Positions 17,068 to 25,931 of a stretch of 64,000 nucleotides of DNA are shown piece by piece (within the stretch, counting starts at the first letter, position 1; each line of letters opens with the position of its first letter). A program made the translations under genes and the position numbers. Under the pieces are notes generated by a model. That model had not been told where the DNA came from, searched no databases, and saw nothing but the letters and a program-made list of their open reading frames with translations. The stretch is taken from contig CAZYHJ010000006.1 of assembly GCA_964646645.1 (NCBI GenBank), positions 4,717-68,716 on the forward strand, given 5' to 3'. The DNA comes from an uncultured Saprospiraceae bacterium. Its GTDB lineage: Bacteria > Bacteroidota > Bacteroidia > Chitinophagales > Saprospiraceae.

Positions 17068-18705
17068 TCAGCCCGGGCTAATGATTTTTCTTGCATGAGC
17101 TAATGCATCACGTGAAGAAGGAGCATTTCCATTGATCGTGATCAATTGCGTGTAATATGATGTTGCTTTCTTTAGATCTCCCATTTTTTCTGCGGCGATG
17201 CCGGCACCAAATACGGACCTGAATCGGTTTGGCCTGCCGGTCAGGCATTGTTCGTATGCAGTCAAGGCTTCTTTGAGCATCCCCGCCTCCATGTACATAT
17301 CGCCTAACAGTTCACGGGAAGGGAGTAGTTCACCCGGAGACACAGGGTTTTTTACGGTGGCATCTTCAAGATCTGCTGCTGCTTTCATCATGGTTATGCC
17401 CTCATCCTTTTTGCCGGATTGATAAAGTATCCAGGCTGAAATGGAATTTTTCTGTGCTTCCATTTGATCAAACCAATATTTTGTTTGAGGTGCATTTCCG
17501 AGTTGTGTTTGAAGCGCAGTGAGTTGAGCCAATGCTTCATTGGCTTCGGTGTTCTTTCCGCTCCTGGCAGCACCAAGCCCTTTGGCATAAAAGACGAGCG
17601 CCGCCCATTGAGGAAATTTGTTCCAGGTCAGTTTTGATGTATCTGGTACAGGTAATTGAGCAGCTTCGGACCAAAGCCCGTTTTCCAGTGGAATCCTGGA
17701 AGGAATGGCAGCCATGGCATAAGCAGAAGCCGCATTAAAATATATAGGTGTGGAGATAGTATCGATTTGCTTTTTAATGGCAATTGCTGCCTCATCATTT
17801 CCTTGCTGGAGCAGGGCATATACTTCATAATCCAACGCATGAAACATATGAGGAGACACCTGTCCGTTGTATGGAAGTCTCGCTGCAGCCTGCGCAGATC
17901 TTGCATTCCATTCTATCGATTCAGGCCAATATCCAAGGCGGGTAAAAATATGCGATGGCATGTGGAGGGCGTGAGGAATTTCAGGTGCAATCTTGCCATA
18001 AGTTCTCGCCACTTCGATAGCACGGTCCGCCAGGGGAGGTACATCGTATGCGTGTATGGCATAATGATAAGCGCCCGGATGGTCCGTATATGTGGCCAGG
18101 TATTTCTCTGCCATTTCTCCTACCTCACGCTGAACGGTAAAAGTTTTATCTGCGGGAGAAGCGGTACCTAACCTGAAAAGTCCGTTAAATAAGGCGGCTT
18201 CAGGATCATCGGGAAGTTGAGCAGTGGCCTGGGCCCAACCTTGCTGGAAATCAGCCAAACGTTGTGCTTTGTTTTTATCACTTCTTTCATAAAAGGACGC
18301 GAGTGCGGCCCCATACAATTTCTGGGTTTCATTGCCGGCGAGGGACATCGCCTTTTGGGAGAGTTGCCATCCAGATTCCATTTCTTCTGCCGTCGGAACA
18401 TCGGGCCAGAGTGGGTGTATATAGGTCATGGCTTTGCCCCAGTATCCCCAGAAACATTTAGGATCCTTTTCAATGACCTTGTCAAAAGTGTATGCAGCGT
18501 CCTCATAAGTCATGTGATGGATCAGCGCAATTCCAAATCGAATGAGCGTATCCGTTTGTGGGCCGCACCCATCCGTAAACTGGATAGTACCACACATTAC
18601 CTCAGGCGTGAGGAAAACATTTTGTGAAGCATCAGTAACCTGTTTCTTGTCCGAACAGGCATAAAAAGGCATAAGGAATGCCAATGGAAGGAGAACATTT
18701 TTCAT
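17068..18705 (-). CDS. TPR-like lipoprotein, unknown function
   Basis: Signal peptide plus lipobox (PFYAC), helical-repeat composition, His-rich segment HYAIHAYD...HALHMPSHIF. Confidence 0.55.
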   Translation of the reverse strand: MKNVLLPLAFLMPFYACSDKKQVTDASQNVFLTPEVMCGTIQFTDGCGPQTDTLIRFGIALIHHMTYEDAAYTFDKVIEKDPKCFWGYWGKAMTYIHPLWPDVPTAEEMESGWQLSQKAMSLAGNETQKLYGAALASFYERSDKNKAQRLADFQQGWAQATAQLPDDPEAALFNGLFRLGTASPADKTFTVQREVGEMAEKYLATYTDHPGAYHYAIHAYDVPPLADRAIEVARTYGKIAPEIPHALHMPSHIFTRLGYWPESIEWNARSAQAAARLPYNGQVSPHMFHALDYEVYALLQQGNDEAAIAIKKQIDTISTPIYFNAASAYAMAAIPSRIPLENGLWSEAAQLPVPDTSKLTWNKFPQWAALVFYAKGLGAARSGKNTEANEALAQLTALQTQLGNAPQTKYWFDQMEAQKNSISAWILYQSGKKDEGITMMKAAADLEDATVKNPVSPGELLPSRELLGDMYMEAGMLKEALTAYEQCLTGRPNRFRSVFGAGIAAEKMGDLKKATSYYTQLITINGNAPSSRDALAHARKIISPG

Positions 18706-18784
18706 GGCGGTGGATTTCAGATGAAATCAAAAGATACATCTTTTTGCCATGAAAAGCAAGAATATGTTTCCCGGATACCTGCTT

Positions 18785-19660
18785 CTATCCTATCCTGACT
18801 GAGGTCATGGATATGGAGCCCATGATCGTCCGGTCATTGAAAAAGGATAGACGGTCCTCTTCATCTTTCAAGCCGAGGGTATAGAGCAGGGGAAGGTAGT
18901 GCTCCGGTGTGGGGATAGAAAGTTGAAATGCCTTACCCTGACCGGAGTAATTGATCAATGATTTTACATCACCTTTATTGATCATGGTCTTAAATCCTTC
19001 ATTGGCTTCGATGGCCCAATCATAGCCTGTGTCCTGGTGTTGCCAGTCGACCATGCCGAGATTGTGTACCATATTTCCACTGCCAATGATTAAAATCCCT
19101 TTATGTCGAAGGAGATTGAGTTCTTTAGCTAATTCATAATGATATTGTGGACCTTTCGTGTAGTCGAGGCTGAGTTGCAGTACAGGTACATCCGCATTCG
19201 GATACAAGTGCTTTACGACACTCCAGCAACCGTGGTCCAGACCCCATTGCTGATCGAGACCCACTTCGGTTGTGGTGATTGTGGCTTTTGTCTGCATCGC
19301 AATCGCCGGACTACCAGGTGCCGGGTATTGAACATCGAAGAGTTCTTGAGGAAATCCTCCAAAATCATGTATGGTTTTGGGCTTGTCCATGGCCGTGACC
19401 CATGTTCCTTTAGTTTCCCAGTGTGCGGAGACGCAAAGTATCGCCGTTGGACGAGGTAAGGATTTTCCGATATCACGCCACCCTCGGGAAAACTCAGTTT
19501 CCTGAATGGCATTCATAGGACTCCCGTGACCCAGGAAAAGGACAGGCATCTTCACGGAAGACTCCAGTGAAGTTGACATTTTGGATAGATGGCTTAGTTG
19601 CATGGCGGTACCAGCTATAGGTAAGAGGGCAAGCGATTGTAAAAACTTTTTTCTGTCCAT
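18785..19660 (-). CDS. class III extradiol dioxygenase (YgiD / 4,5-DOPA dioxygenase-like) with N-terminal export-like extension
   Basis: MPVLFLGHGSPMNA motif and LigB-family length. A ~37-aa N-terminal extension MDRKKFLQSLALLPIAGTAMQ precedes it. Confidence 0.85.
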   Translation of the reverse strand: MDRKKFLQSLALLPIAGTAMQLSHLSKMSTSLESSVKMPVLFLGHGSPMNAIQETEFSRGWRDIGKSLPRPTAILCVSAHWETKGTWVTAMDKPKTIHDFGGFPQELFDVQYPAPGSPAIAMQTKATITTTEVGLDQQWGLDHGCWSVVKHLYPNADVPVLQLSLDYTKGPQYHYELAKELNLLRHKGILIIGSGNMVHNLGMVDWQHQDTGYDWAIEANEGFKTMINKGDVKSLINYSGQGKAFQLSIPTPEHYLPLLYTLGLKDEEDRLSFFNDRTIMGSISMTSVRIG

Positions 19661-19726
19661 GGCAAACGGAATGGCTCCGGGAGTTGCATTTACATTAAGG
19701 TAATCTTTTTCGATGATATAAAATGA

Positions 19727-19762
19727 AAAGGCAGCGAATACCTAATGGAATCCGCTGCCTTT
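19727..19762 (-). terminator. terminator downstream of yceI-like gene
   Basis: aaaggcagcg/cgctgccttt 10-bp stem, followed on the minus strand by ttcatttta. Confidence 0.65.
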
Positions 19763-19776
19763 CCGGGGGACAAGCA

Positions 19777-20334
19777 TTAGGATGCTTTGACTAATTGTAT
19801 GTCACAAGAGATCCTGACCTCTTCACTTACCAGCACACCACCTGCTTCCAGGGCGGCATTCCAGTTGAGGTCCCAGTCTCTCCTGTTGATTTTGGCATTG
19901 ACAGTAATACCGGCTTTGTGGTTGCCCCAGGGATCTTTCTGAATGCCACCAAATTCAATGCTGAGTTTGATTTGTTTCTTGATTCCCTTGATGGTGAGGT
20001 CTCCCCAGATTTCATAGCTGCCGTCGTTGTCCACTTTTTCAACCGCAAAATCAGAGGTAAAGTGAATTTGTTTGTGGGTTTCCACATCAAAGAAATCCGC
20101 ACTTCTCAGGTGGTTGTCTCTATTGGCATCACCGGTATCGACTGAAGCAGGGTTGAGCCAAAAATCAATCTCTGCGGACATAAAGTCCTCGTTGGTGGTA
20201 TAGATGCTGGCATCAAATTCCCGGAATACGCCTTTTACATTGGTGATCATCAGGTGTTTCACCTTGAATCCGATTTCACTGTGAGTTGGATCAATGATCC
20301 ATTTTGTTTTTGTCAATTCAGCGGTCTCGCTCAT
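19777..20334 (-). CDS. YceI family polyisoprenoid-binding protein
   Basis: 185 aa: WIIDPTHSEIGFKVKHLMITNVKGVF, RDNHLRSADFFD; typical YceI beta-barrel signature. Confidence 0.85.
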   Translation of the reverse strand: MSETAELTKTKWIIDPTHSEIGFKVKHLMITNVKGVFREFDASIYTTNEDFMSAEIDFWLNPASVDTGDANRDNHLRSADFFDVETHKQIHFTSDFAVEKVDNDGSYEIWGDLTIKGIKKQIKLSIEFGGIQKDPWGNHKAGITVNAKINRRDWDLNWNAALEAGGVLVSEEVRISCDIQLVKAS

Positions 20335-20352
20335 GTTGTGATAAGGTTTAAA

Positions 20353-20597
20353 TGTTTAGTTGTTTAATTGTTTAACTGTTGGTTGGTTTATGGGTTTATA
20401 AGATTAGGAGCTTAGAGGCTTAGGGATTGAAGGTTTATAAGTTTATGGGTTTATAGGTTTATGGGTTTATGAGATTAGAAGATTAGTGGCTTAGGGATTT
20501 TTGAGTTTACTATTGGTGAGTTGATCCGAACCTCAAGTTTATAAGTTTATGTTGGATTTCCTGACTCCTTGCCCTATGCTCTATGCCCTATGCTCCC
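20353..20597. repeat. ~200-nt array of octamer words (gtttatgg/gattagaa/gcttaggg) followed by ctatgc heptamers
   Basis: About 25 consecutive 8-nt units in near-constant register at 20353-20552, then ccctatgctctatgccctatgctc ending 2 nt from the pirin stop. Confidence 0.85.
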
Positions 20598-20598
20598 A

Positions 20599-21474
20599 TC
20601 ACATCGTCATTGGCACATCCATTAAAAGAATTTCAGCATCCGGCGTCAGGGCCTTGACAGAAATCTTTTCTGTATCCCATGTGCCGAGTCCATCACGTTC
20701 AAAGAGATGCTGGCCGTCTATCAGGACTTCGCCTTTAATGATAAATGCATAAACGCCATTTCCTTTTCTTTTGATTTTATAGTCGGTGGTATGGTCCTTG
20801 TCGAAGCGGCCGAGGTGGAACCAGGCATCCTGGTGAATCCATACGCCGGCATCATCGGAAGTGGGGGATAGGATTTGCTGGAATTTATTGTGTCGATCCT
20901 TATGATTTAAAGTGATTTGGTCATACCTGGGCGTTACCCCTTTCTTATTGGGGAAGAGCCAGATTTGAAGAAACTTGACCTGTTGGTCCGCATTCTTATT
21001 GTATTCACTGTGGGTAATGCCTGTTCCGGCACTCATCACCTGGATATCGCCATGGCGGATCACGGAGACATTGCCCATGCTGTCCTTGTGCTCAAGGTCG
21101 CCATCCAGAGGGATGGAGATGATTTCCATATTGTCGTGTGGGTGGGTGCCAAACCCCCGTCCCGGTGCCACGATATCATCATTGAGTACCCGGAGCACAC
21201 CGAAGTGCATCCGCTCAGGATTGTGGTAATTGGCAAAACTAAAGGTGTGCCGGCTGTGCAGCCAACCGTGATTGGCATCCCCGCGGGAAGAGGCACGATG
21301 TAATACGGTATTGTTCATGATTTTTGACGTGGTGTTGGGAATATGGTTAAAACCAAGCGTTTCCAACGGCTGGAGCTCATCGATATCGTTTTTTAGGACA
21401 TTGGCCATGGCCGATGAAGTTACCAGCATGCCCGTTCCCAGGAGGCCTTTGCGGAGGAAATCTTTTCTGTCCAT
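20599..21474 (-). CDS. pirin family protein with N-terminal export-like extension
   Basis: Cupin metal site GFGTHPHDNMEIISIPLDG; N-terminus MDRKDFLRKGLLGTGMLVTSSAMA. Confidence 0.9.
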   Translation of the reverse strand: MDRKDFLRKGLLGTGMLVTSSAMANVLKNDIDELQPLETLGFNHIPNTTSKIMNNTVLHRASSRGDANHGWLHSRHTFSFANYHNPERMHFGVLRVLNDDIVAPGRGFGTHPHDNMEIISIPLDGDLEHKDSMGNVSVIRHGDIQVMSAGTGITHSEYNKNADQQVKFLQIWLFPNKKGVTPRYDQITLNHKDRHNKFQQILSPTSDDAGVWIHQDAWFHLGRFDKDHTTDYKIKRKGNGVYAFIIKGEVLIDGQHLFERDGLGTWDTEKISVKALTPDAEILLMDVPMTM

Positions 21475-21612
21475 CGTTGATTTTGATTTGGTTATAGTTA
21501 AAATAGAATTTCAAACCGGGTTGTTCATTTATAGATCGGAAAAATCATACCGAAAGGCGTATGGGCCGGTTCAAAATGTAAAAATCGCATATTGGCTATA
21601 TATTCGTAATTC

Positions 21613-21646
21613 CTATACTTTTGTATATCACTATACCAAAGTATAG
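21613..21646. promoter_or_regulatory. 34-nt nested palindrome; candidate HxlR-type operator in the pirin/hxlR divergent region
   Basis: ctatacttt-t-gtata-tcac-tatac-c-aaagtatag: perfect 9-nt outer arms and 5-nt inner arms. Confidence 0.5.
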
Positions 21647-21847
21647 CATGTGGTCAGGAATTTTACTTGTTTTTGGCAGGGGTGCGAGAAAAAAAATGCG
21701 TCATGGAAGCAAGTTTATACTTTGATCTCTTGCTTCCAAACGAAGACTTGTTACCTCCGTAATTCAAATAGCGGATGACGAGTGGATTTACTCTTCTTCC
21801 GGTTGGCCTTTCTGAACTTTAAAACATTAACCTAAACAGCGATAATT

Positions 21848-22204
21848 ATGTCAAATTTGAAAGCCATTGAGCGGGCAAGAACATGTGCAACAGAGTATGT
21901 GTTGGCGCTCAACGATACACTCAACGTCATGAGTGGAAAATGGAAACTTCCGATTATTGCCTCACTGATGTTTGGTAAGAAGCGGTTTAAAGAACTGGAG
22001 CGGGATATTCCAAAGATAACGCCCCGAATGTTATCCAAGGAATTAAAAGACCTGGAGATGAATGGTATGGTCAAGCGTACTGTATATGATACCATACCGG
22101 TGACGGTGGAATACGAATTGACAAAATCCGGTTTTTCACTGAGTGAAGTTTTAGATAAAATGATGGAATGGGGCGTCGCGCACAGGAAGGAGATCATGAA
22201 GTAA
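21848..22204 (+). CDS. HxlR family transcriptional regulator
   Basis: 118 aa: SGKWKLPIIASLMFGKKRFKELERDIPKITPRMLSKELKDLEMNGMVKR; typical HxlR winged helix. Confidence 0.85.
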   Translation: MSNLKAIERARTCATEYVLALNDTLNVMSGKWKLPIIASLMFGKKRFKELERDIPKITPRMLSKELKDLEMNGMVKRTVYDTIPVTVEYELTKSGFSLSEVLDKMMEWGVAHRKEIMK

Positions 22205-22315
22205 TTCGAGGTGGAATTGACGCAGATGCGCTGAACTTGATTGTGTGGGGTAGGCTCATGTCCATTTTTTAGATTTTGGTTAATGCATTGATTTCACATA
22301 AAAACTCAACACAAC

Positions 22316-22810
22316 ATGAAAAAGACATGGTTTTGCTTAATGATTTTCGGAGCGCTTTATTCGGGTTCATCCCTGGCACAGGAAGTTCGCGTAGGAGCCA
22401 ATATGCTCATCCTGGGTTACATTAACGATCCCTATATCGGTGCGGGTCTCGGTATAGAAGCCAACCTGGGCGAGCATTTTACTCTGGGGATGGATGCCAA
22501 CTGGGGATCACAGGAGAATGGTACTTCATGGGAATTCAGGCCTGCGGTCAACTATTATTTTGGAGGAGATCATAGTGGCTTTTTTCTGGGTGCCGCGTTA
22601 AAGTACATCACCCTGAGTGAGGCGGAGGAAAGTACTGTGGATTGGGAGGACGATATCTATACCCTGGGTTTCAATGTGGGGGTAAAAGCGCTGTTAAGTG
22701 AAAGCATCACTTTTGGATTGACCGCGAGCCCTCATGTGGCTGTCGGTGGAAAACAGGAAGGCGATGTAGCCGGCATCAGTGCACAGCTAGGAATAGGCTA
22801 TAGATTTTAA
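22316..22810 (+). CDS. small outer-membrane beta-barrel protein
   Basis: Signal peptide, alternating Gly/aromatic beta-strand pattern, C-terminal GIGYRF. Confidence 0.65.
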   Translation: MKKTWFCLMIFGALYSGSSLAQEVRVGANMLILGYINDPYIGAGLGIEANLGEHFTLGMDANWGSQENGTSWEFRPAVNYYFGGDHSGFFLGAALKYITLSEAEESTVDWEDDIYTLGFNVGVKALLSESITFGLTASPHVAVGGKQEGDVAGISAQLGIGYRF

Positions 22811-22828
22811 AGACAAGAGAAATTGGAG

Positions 22829-22855
22829 AAAAGGCCGGGTGATCCGGCCTTTTTT
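22829..22855. terminator. bidirectional terminator between convergent genes
   Basis: aaaaggccgg-gtgat-ccggcctttttt. Confidence 0.75.
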
Positions 22856-22868
22856 ATTTCATGTATGG

Positions 22869-23738
22869 TCAGGCATGTGGTTCGACATGGATCAATACAT
22901 TGGCCACTTCAGGCCATGCATCCATCAGTTTGGCTTTAAGAATGTGTGCGATTTCATGACCTTCCCTCACGGCGAGGTCTCCATCTACTTCTATATGGAG
23001 ATCGATAAAGAAGCGCATACCTACTTTTCTGACCTGACATTTTTCGGTGGCAGATACTCCATCCACCTGCATGGCCAGTTCGCGGATCTTTTCGATAAAG
23101 TCATCATGCGTATGTTCATCCATGATCTCGCCCAGGGCGGGACGGAAGATCAGGTAACTGTTGTACAGAATAAATCCGGAAGCAGCAAGGGCCGCCCAAT
23201 CATCCGCGGATTCATAGCCTTCCCCCATGAGCAATGCAACTGAAATGCCTATAAAGGCTGCGACGGAAGTAATAGCATCGCTTCGATGATGCCATGCGTC
23301 AGCTTTAAGGATGGTGCTTTTTGTTTCCCGGCTTTTCCGCATGACGATTTGGAATGAAATCTCCTTCCAGATAATAATGGCACCTAATACGATAAGGGTA
23401 AATGGCGCCGGCCCTTCATGAGGCGTCCTGATGTTTTTAATGCTCTCATGCGCAATCACAATGGCTGAGGTGATCAGAAATCCGACAACGATAAACGTGA
23501 TGAGCGGTTCGGCCTTGCCGTGACCATAGGGATGGTTTTCGTCAGCGGGGCGATTGGCATATTTTATTCCAAGTAAGACCAGGACTGAAGAAAAAACATC
23601 CGTGGTCGATTCAATAGCATCTGCGATCAATGCGTAGGAATTGCCGAAGTAGCCTGCAAACCATTTGATCAGGGCAAGAGATGCATTGCTGAGGATGCTA
23701 AACCAGGTGGTCCGTGTTGCGATTCGTTCATTACTCAT
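22869..23738 (-). CDS. cation diffusion facilitator (CDF) family transporter
   Basis: CDF TM core (ADAIESTTDV, HHRSDAITS) plus a C-terminal cytoplasmic domain. Start taken at MSNERIATR; the upstream 47 codons look non-coding. Confidence 0.85.
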   Translation of the reverse strand: MSNERIATRTTWFSILSNASLALIKWFAGYFGNSYALIADAIESTTDVFSSVLVLLGIKYANRPADENHPYGHGKAEPLITFIVVGFLITSAIVIAHESIKNIRTPHEGPAPFTLIVLGAIIIWKEISFQIVMRKSRETKSTILKADAWHHRSDAITSVAAFIGISVALLMGEGYESADDWAALAASGFILYNSYLIFRPALGEIMDEHTHDDFIEKIRELAMQVDGVSATEKCQVRKVGMRFFIDLHIEVDGDLAVREGHEIAHILKAKLMDAWPEVANVLIHVEPHA

Positions 23739-24050
23739 GAATGGACCAAAGCTAACTAAAGATGGTTCTAATCCAATGGAATGAATCGGGATCCTGACAA
23801 TCAAAAAAAAAGGGGATGCCTGTGCACCCCCACTTTTTCCAAAAAATCCATGTTCTTTGATGTACCCCGTGTCAATCAACCCGGGGGGAGAACCATGCCC
23901 GACCTATATCCGGAAATGCATGGTGATCATCTTCAGTAATCTATCGAATCAATTGCGTCTGAAATGCCTTCACAAGGCGCAACTTTGACTTCTCGAAACA
24001 AATATGATGTATATTTAATTATAAAGCAAACTGATAGTTTCTATATTTGC

Positions 24051-24065
24051 ATAGATTAAATCTAT
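24051..24065 (+). promoter_or_regulatory. OxyR-type half-operator ATAGaTtaaAtCTAT overlapping the LysR start codon
   Basis: Matches ATAGnTnnnAnCTAT at all fixed positions; ATG at 24064. Confidence 0.4.
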
Positions 24066-25005
24066 GAATATGAATTTTCAGCAATTGGAATACATTCTGG
24101 CCGTTGATGCCACTCGTCATTTTGTCAATGCCGCTGAAAAATGTAACATCACTCAGGCGACCCTCAGCATGATGATCAAGAAACTGGAAGAAGAAGTGGG
24201 GGTAAGGATTTTTGACCGAACCAAGTCTCCTGTGATTCCGACAGAAATTGGAAAAAGGATTCTTGCGCAGGCGAGAGTGGTCCTTATGGAACGGGACCGG
24301 ATCGCAGAAATCATAGATGAAGAACAAAGGGAACTTCGCGGGGATCTCAGGATCGGCATTATTCCCACACTGGCCCCTTATCTCCTGCCCTTGTTCCTGA
24401 CTGAATTCCTGCGCAAGTATCCGAAAGTAAATCTTACAGTAAGTGAACTCACGACTCCGGAAATTATCAATCGCCTGAGTGATCATGGGATTGACGCGGG
24501 ATTACTTGCCATACCATTACATCAGCCCGGATTATCAGAGCAGCATTTGTTTTATGAAGAGTTTGTACTGTATGGTCCAAGCAGCGACAGTGTGATGAAG
24601 AAAAAATATGTCCTTCCGAATGATATTGATGTCAACCGGCTTTGGTTGCTGGAAGAAGGTCATTGCCTCCGGGATCAGGTGATCAATCTGTGCGAATTGA
24701 AAAACAAGGAGCGGTCCATTCATCAACTTGATTTTGCGGCAGGCAGTATAGAGACCTTACGTAGAATGGTCGAGATGAATCAGGGCTTGACCATCCTTCC
24801 TGCACTCTCCTTAAAATACCTCTCTGCGGAACAGCAGGAAAACATACGTCAATTTAAACGACCTGCCCCTGTCCGTCAGGTTGGCCTTGTAACCTCCAGG
24901 TTATTTGTCAAAGAGAAATTATTAGCGGCACTTAAAGAGAGTGTGCTTTCGAGGATACCGGAGGAAATGATCAAAGCAAGCGGGAAGGAGATTGTGGAGA
25001 TGTAG
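24064..25005 (+). CDS. oxyR: LysR family regulator, OxyR-like
   Basis: 313 aa. The N-terminal HTH MNFQQLEYILAVDATRHFVNAAEKCNITQATLSMMIKKLEEE and the LEEGHCLRDQ segment resemble Bacteroidota OxyR. The symbol is tentative. Confidence 0.75.
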   Translation: MNMNFQQLEYILAVDATRHFVNAAEKCNITQATLSMMIKKLEEEVGVRIFDRTKSPVIPTEIGKRILAQARVVLMERDRIAEIIDEEQRELRGDLRIGIIPTLAPYLLPLFLTEFLRKYPKVNLTVSELTTPEIINRLSDHGIDAGLLAIPLHQPGLSEQHLFYEEFVLYGPSSDSVMKKKYVLPNDIDVNRLWLLEEGHCLRDQVINLCELKNKERSIHQLDFAAGSIETLRRMVEMNQGLTILPALSLKYLSAEQQENIRQFKRPAPVRQVGLVTSRLFVKEKLLAALKESVLSRIPEEMIKASGKEIVEM

Positions 25006-25089
25006 TAACATACATTAATATTCGTCTTACATCATTATTCCTTAATGCTTGAAAATGGCATAGGATTATACAACCGAAAAAATCGGATT

Positions 25090-25824
25090 TCATATATCCT
25101 CAGTAAGTAAAAGTGCTAATAATCCACTCACGTCCATGATCTGGATATGCCGGCCTTTAATCTGCACGAGATCTTTACCTTTCAAGCCATGAAGCGATCT
25201 GACTATGGTTTCCAATGAAGCCCCTACATATTCTGAAAGTTCTGTCCTTGTGATCGTAATTTCTCCGTTCACCGAGCCCGATAGCCTGTATTGTTCATGG
25301 AGAATAAGTAATGCAAGCACTAACCTGTGGCGAACCGGAAACTTTGTAAAAATGGTCATTCGATTCATCCAAACGGTAAAGTCTCGAGCCAAGGCCAAAA
25401 GCAGTCCCTGGACAAAAGCAGGTGAAACTTCCATTAATTTTTTAAAGCTGATAGCGGGAATCAGGATGACCTCCGCATCTTCGAGTAGAACTGCAGAAAC
25501 CGGATGTAGCTCTTCGGCAATCAGTTGCCTGAACCCTATTAAATCGCCATTGGAATAGATATATAGTGTCTGTCGTTGACCACCAGGCGTCTCTTGCAGG
25601 ATTTTAACTTTCCCGCTGATCAGCCACACGACTTGCCTTGGAATGGTTCCTTGTTTGAACAACCATTCTCCACGCTTGAGTTTTTTGAGTTTGCCATGTT
25701 GTCTTAGCCAATCCTTGTCACTAAGGGGTAGTTTGTCCATCCATTCCTGGTTTCGGAACAGATAAGGCGAAATGATTTTAGTCAAAGCGACATCCTGATC
25801 CCTCATCCAGTCAAACGTAACCAT
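25090..25824 (-). CDS. Crp/Fnr family transcriptional regulator
   Basis: cNMP-binding-like barrel (GEWLFKQG...GDLIG) and C-terminal HTH (RTELSEYVGASLETIVRSLHGLKGKDLV). Confidence 0.8.
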   Translation of the reverse strand: MVTFDWMRDQDVALTKIISPYLFRNQEWMDKLPLSDKDWLRQHGKLKKLKRGEWLFKQGTIPRQVVWLISGKVKILQETPGGQRQTLYIYSNGDLIGFRQLIAEELHPVSAVLLEDAEVILIPAISFKKLMEVSPAFVQGLLLALARDFTVWMNRMTIFTKFPVRHRLVLALLILHEQYRLSGSVNGEITITRTELSEYVGASLETIVRSLHGLKGKDLVQIKGRHIQIMDVSGLLALLLTEDI

Positions 25825-25852
25825 CTTTTGGCATACTTCATGGCATCGCTAC

Positions 25853-25890
25853 AAAATAAAACTGGCTGTGCTCACCTCAAGCACAGCCAG
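25853..25890 (-). terminator. strong rho-independent terminator after the haloperoxidase-like gene
   Basis: ctggctgtgct/agcacagccag 11-bp stem; on the minus strand it is followed by ttttatttt. Confidence 0.8.
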
Positions 25891-25931
25891 CGACAATCCG
25901 AACTCAACGTTGGAAGAGTTGATCTTTTCTT

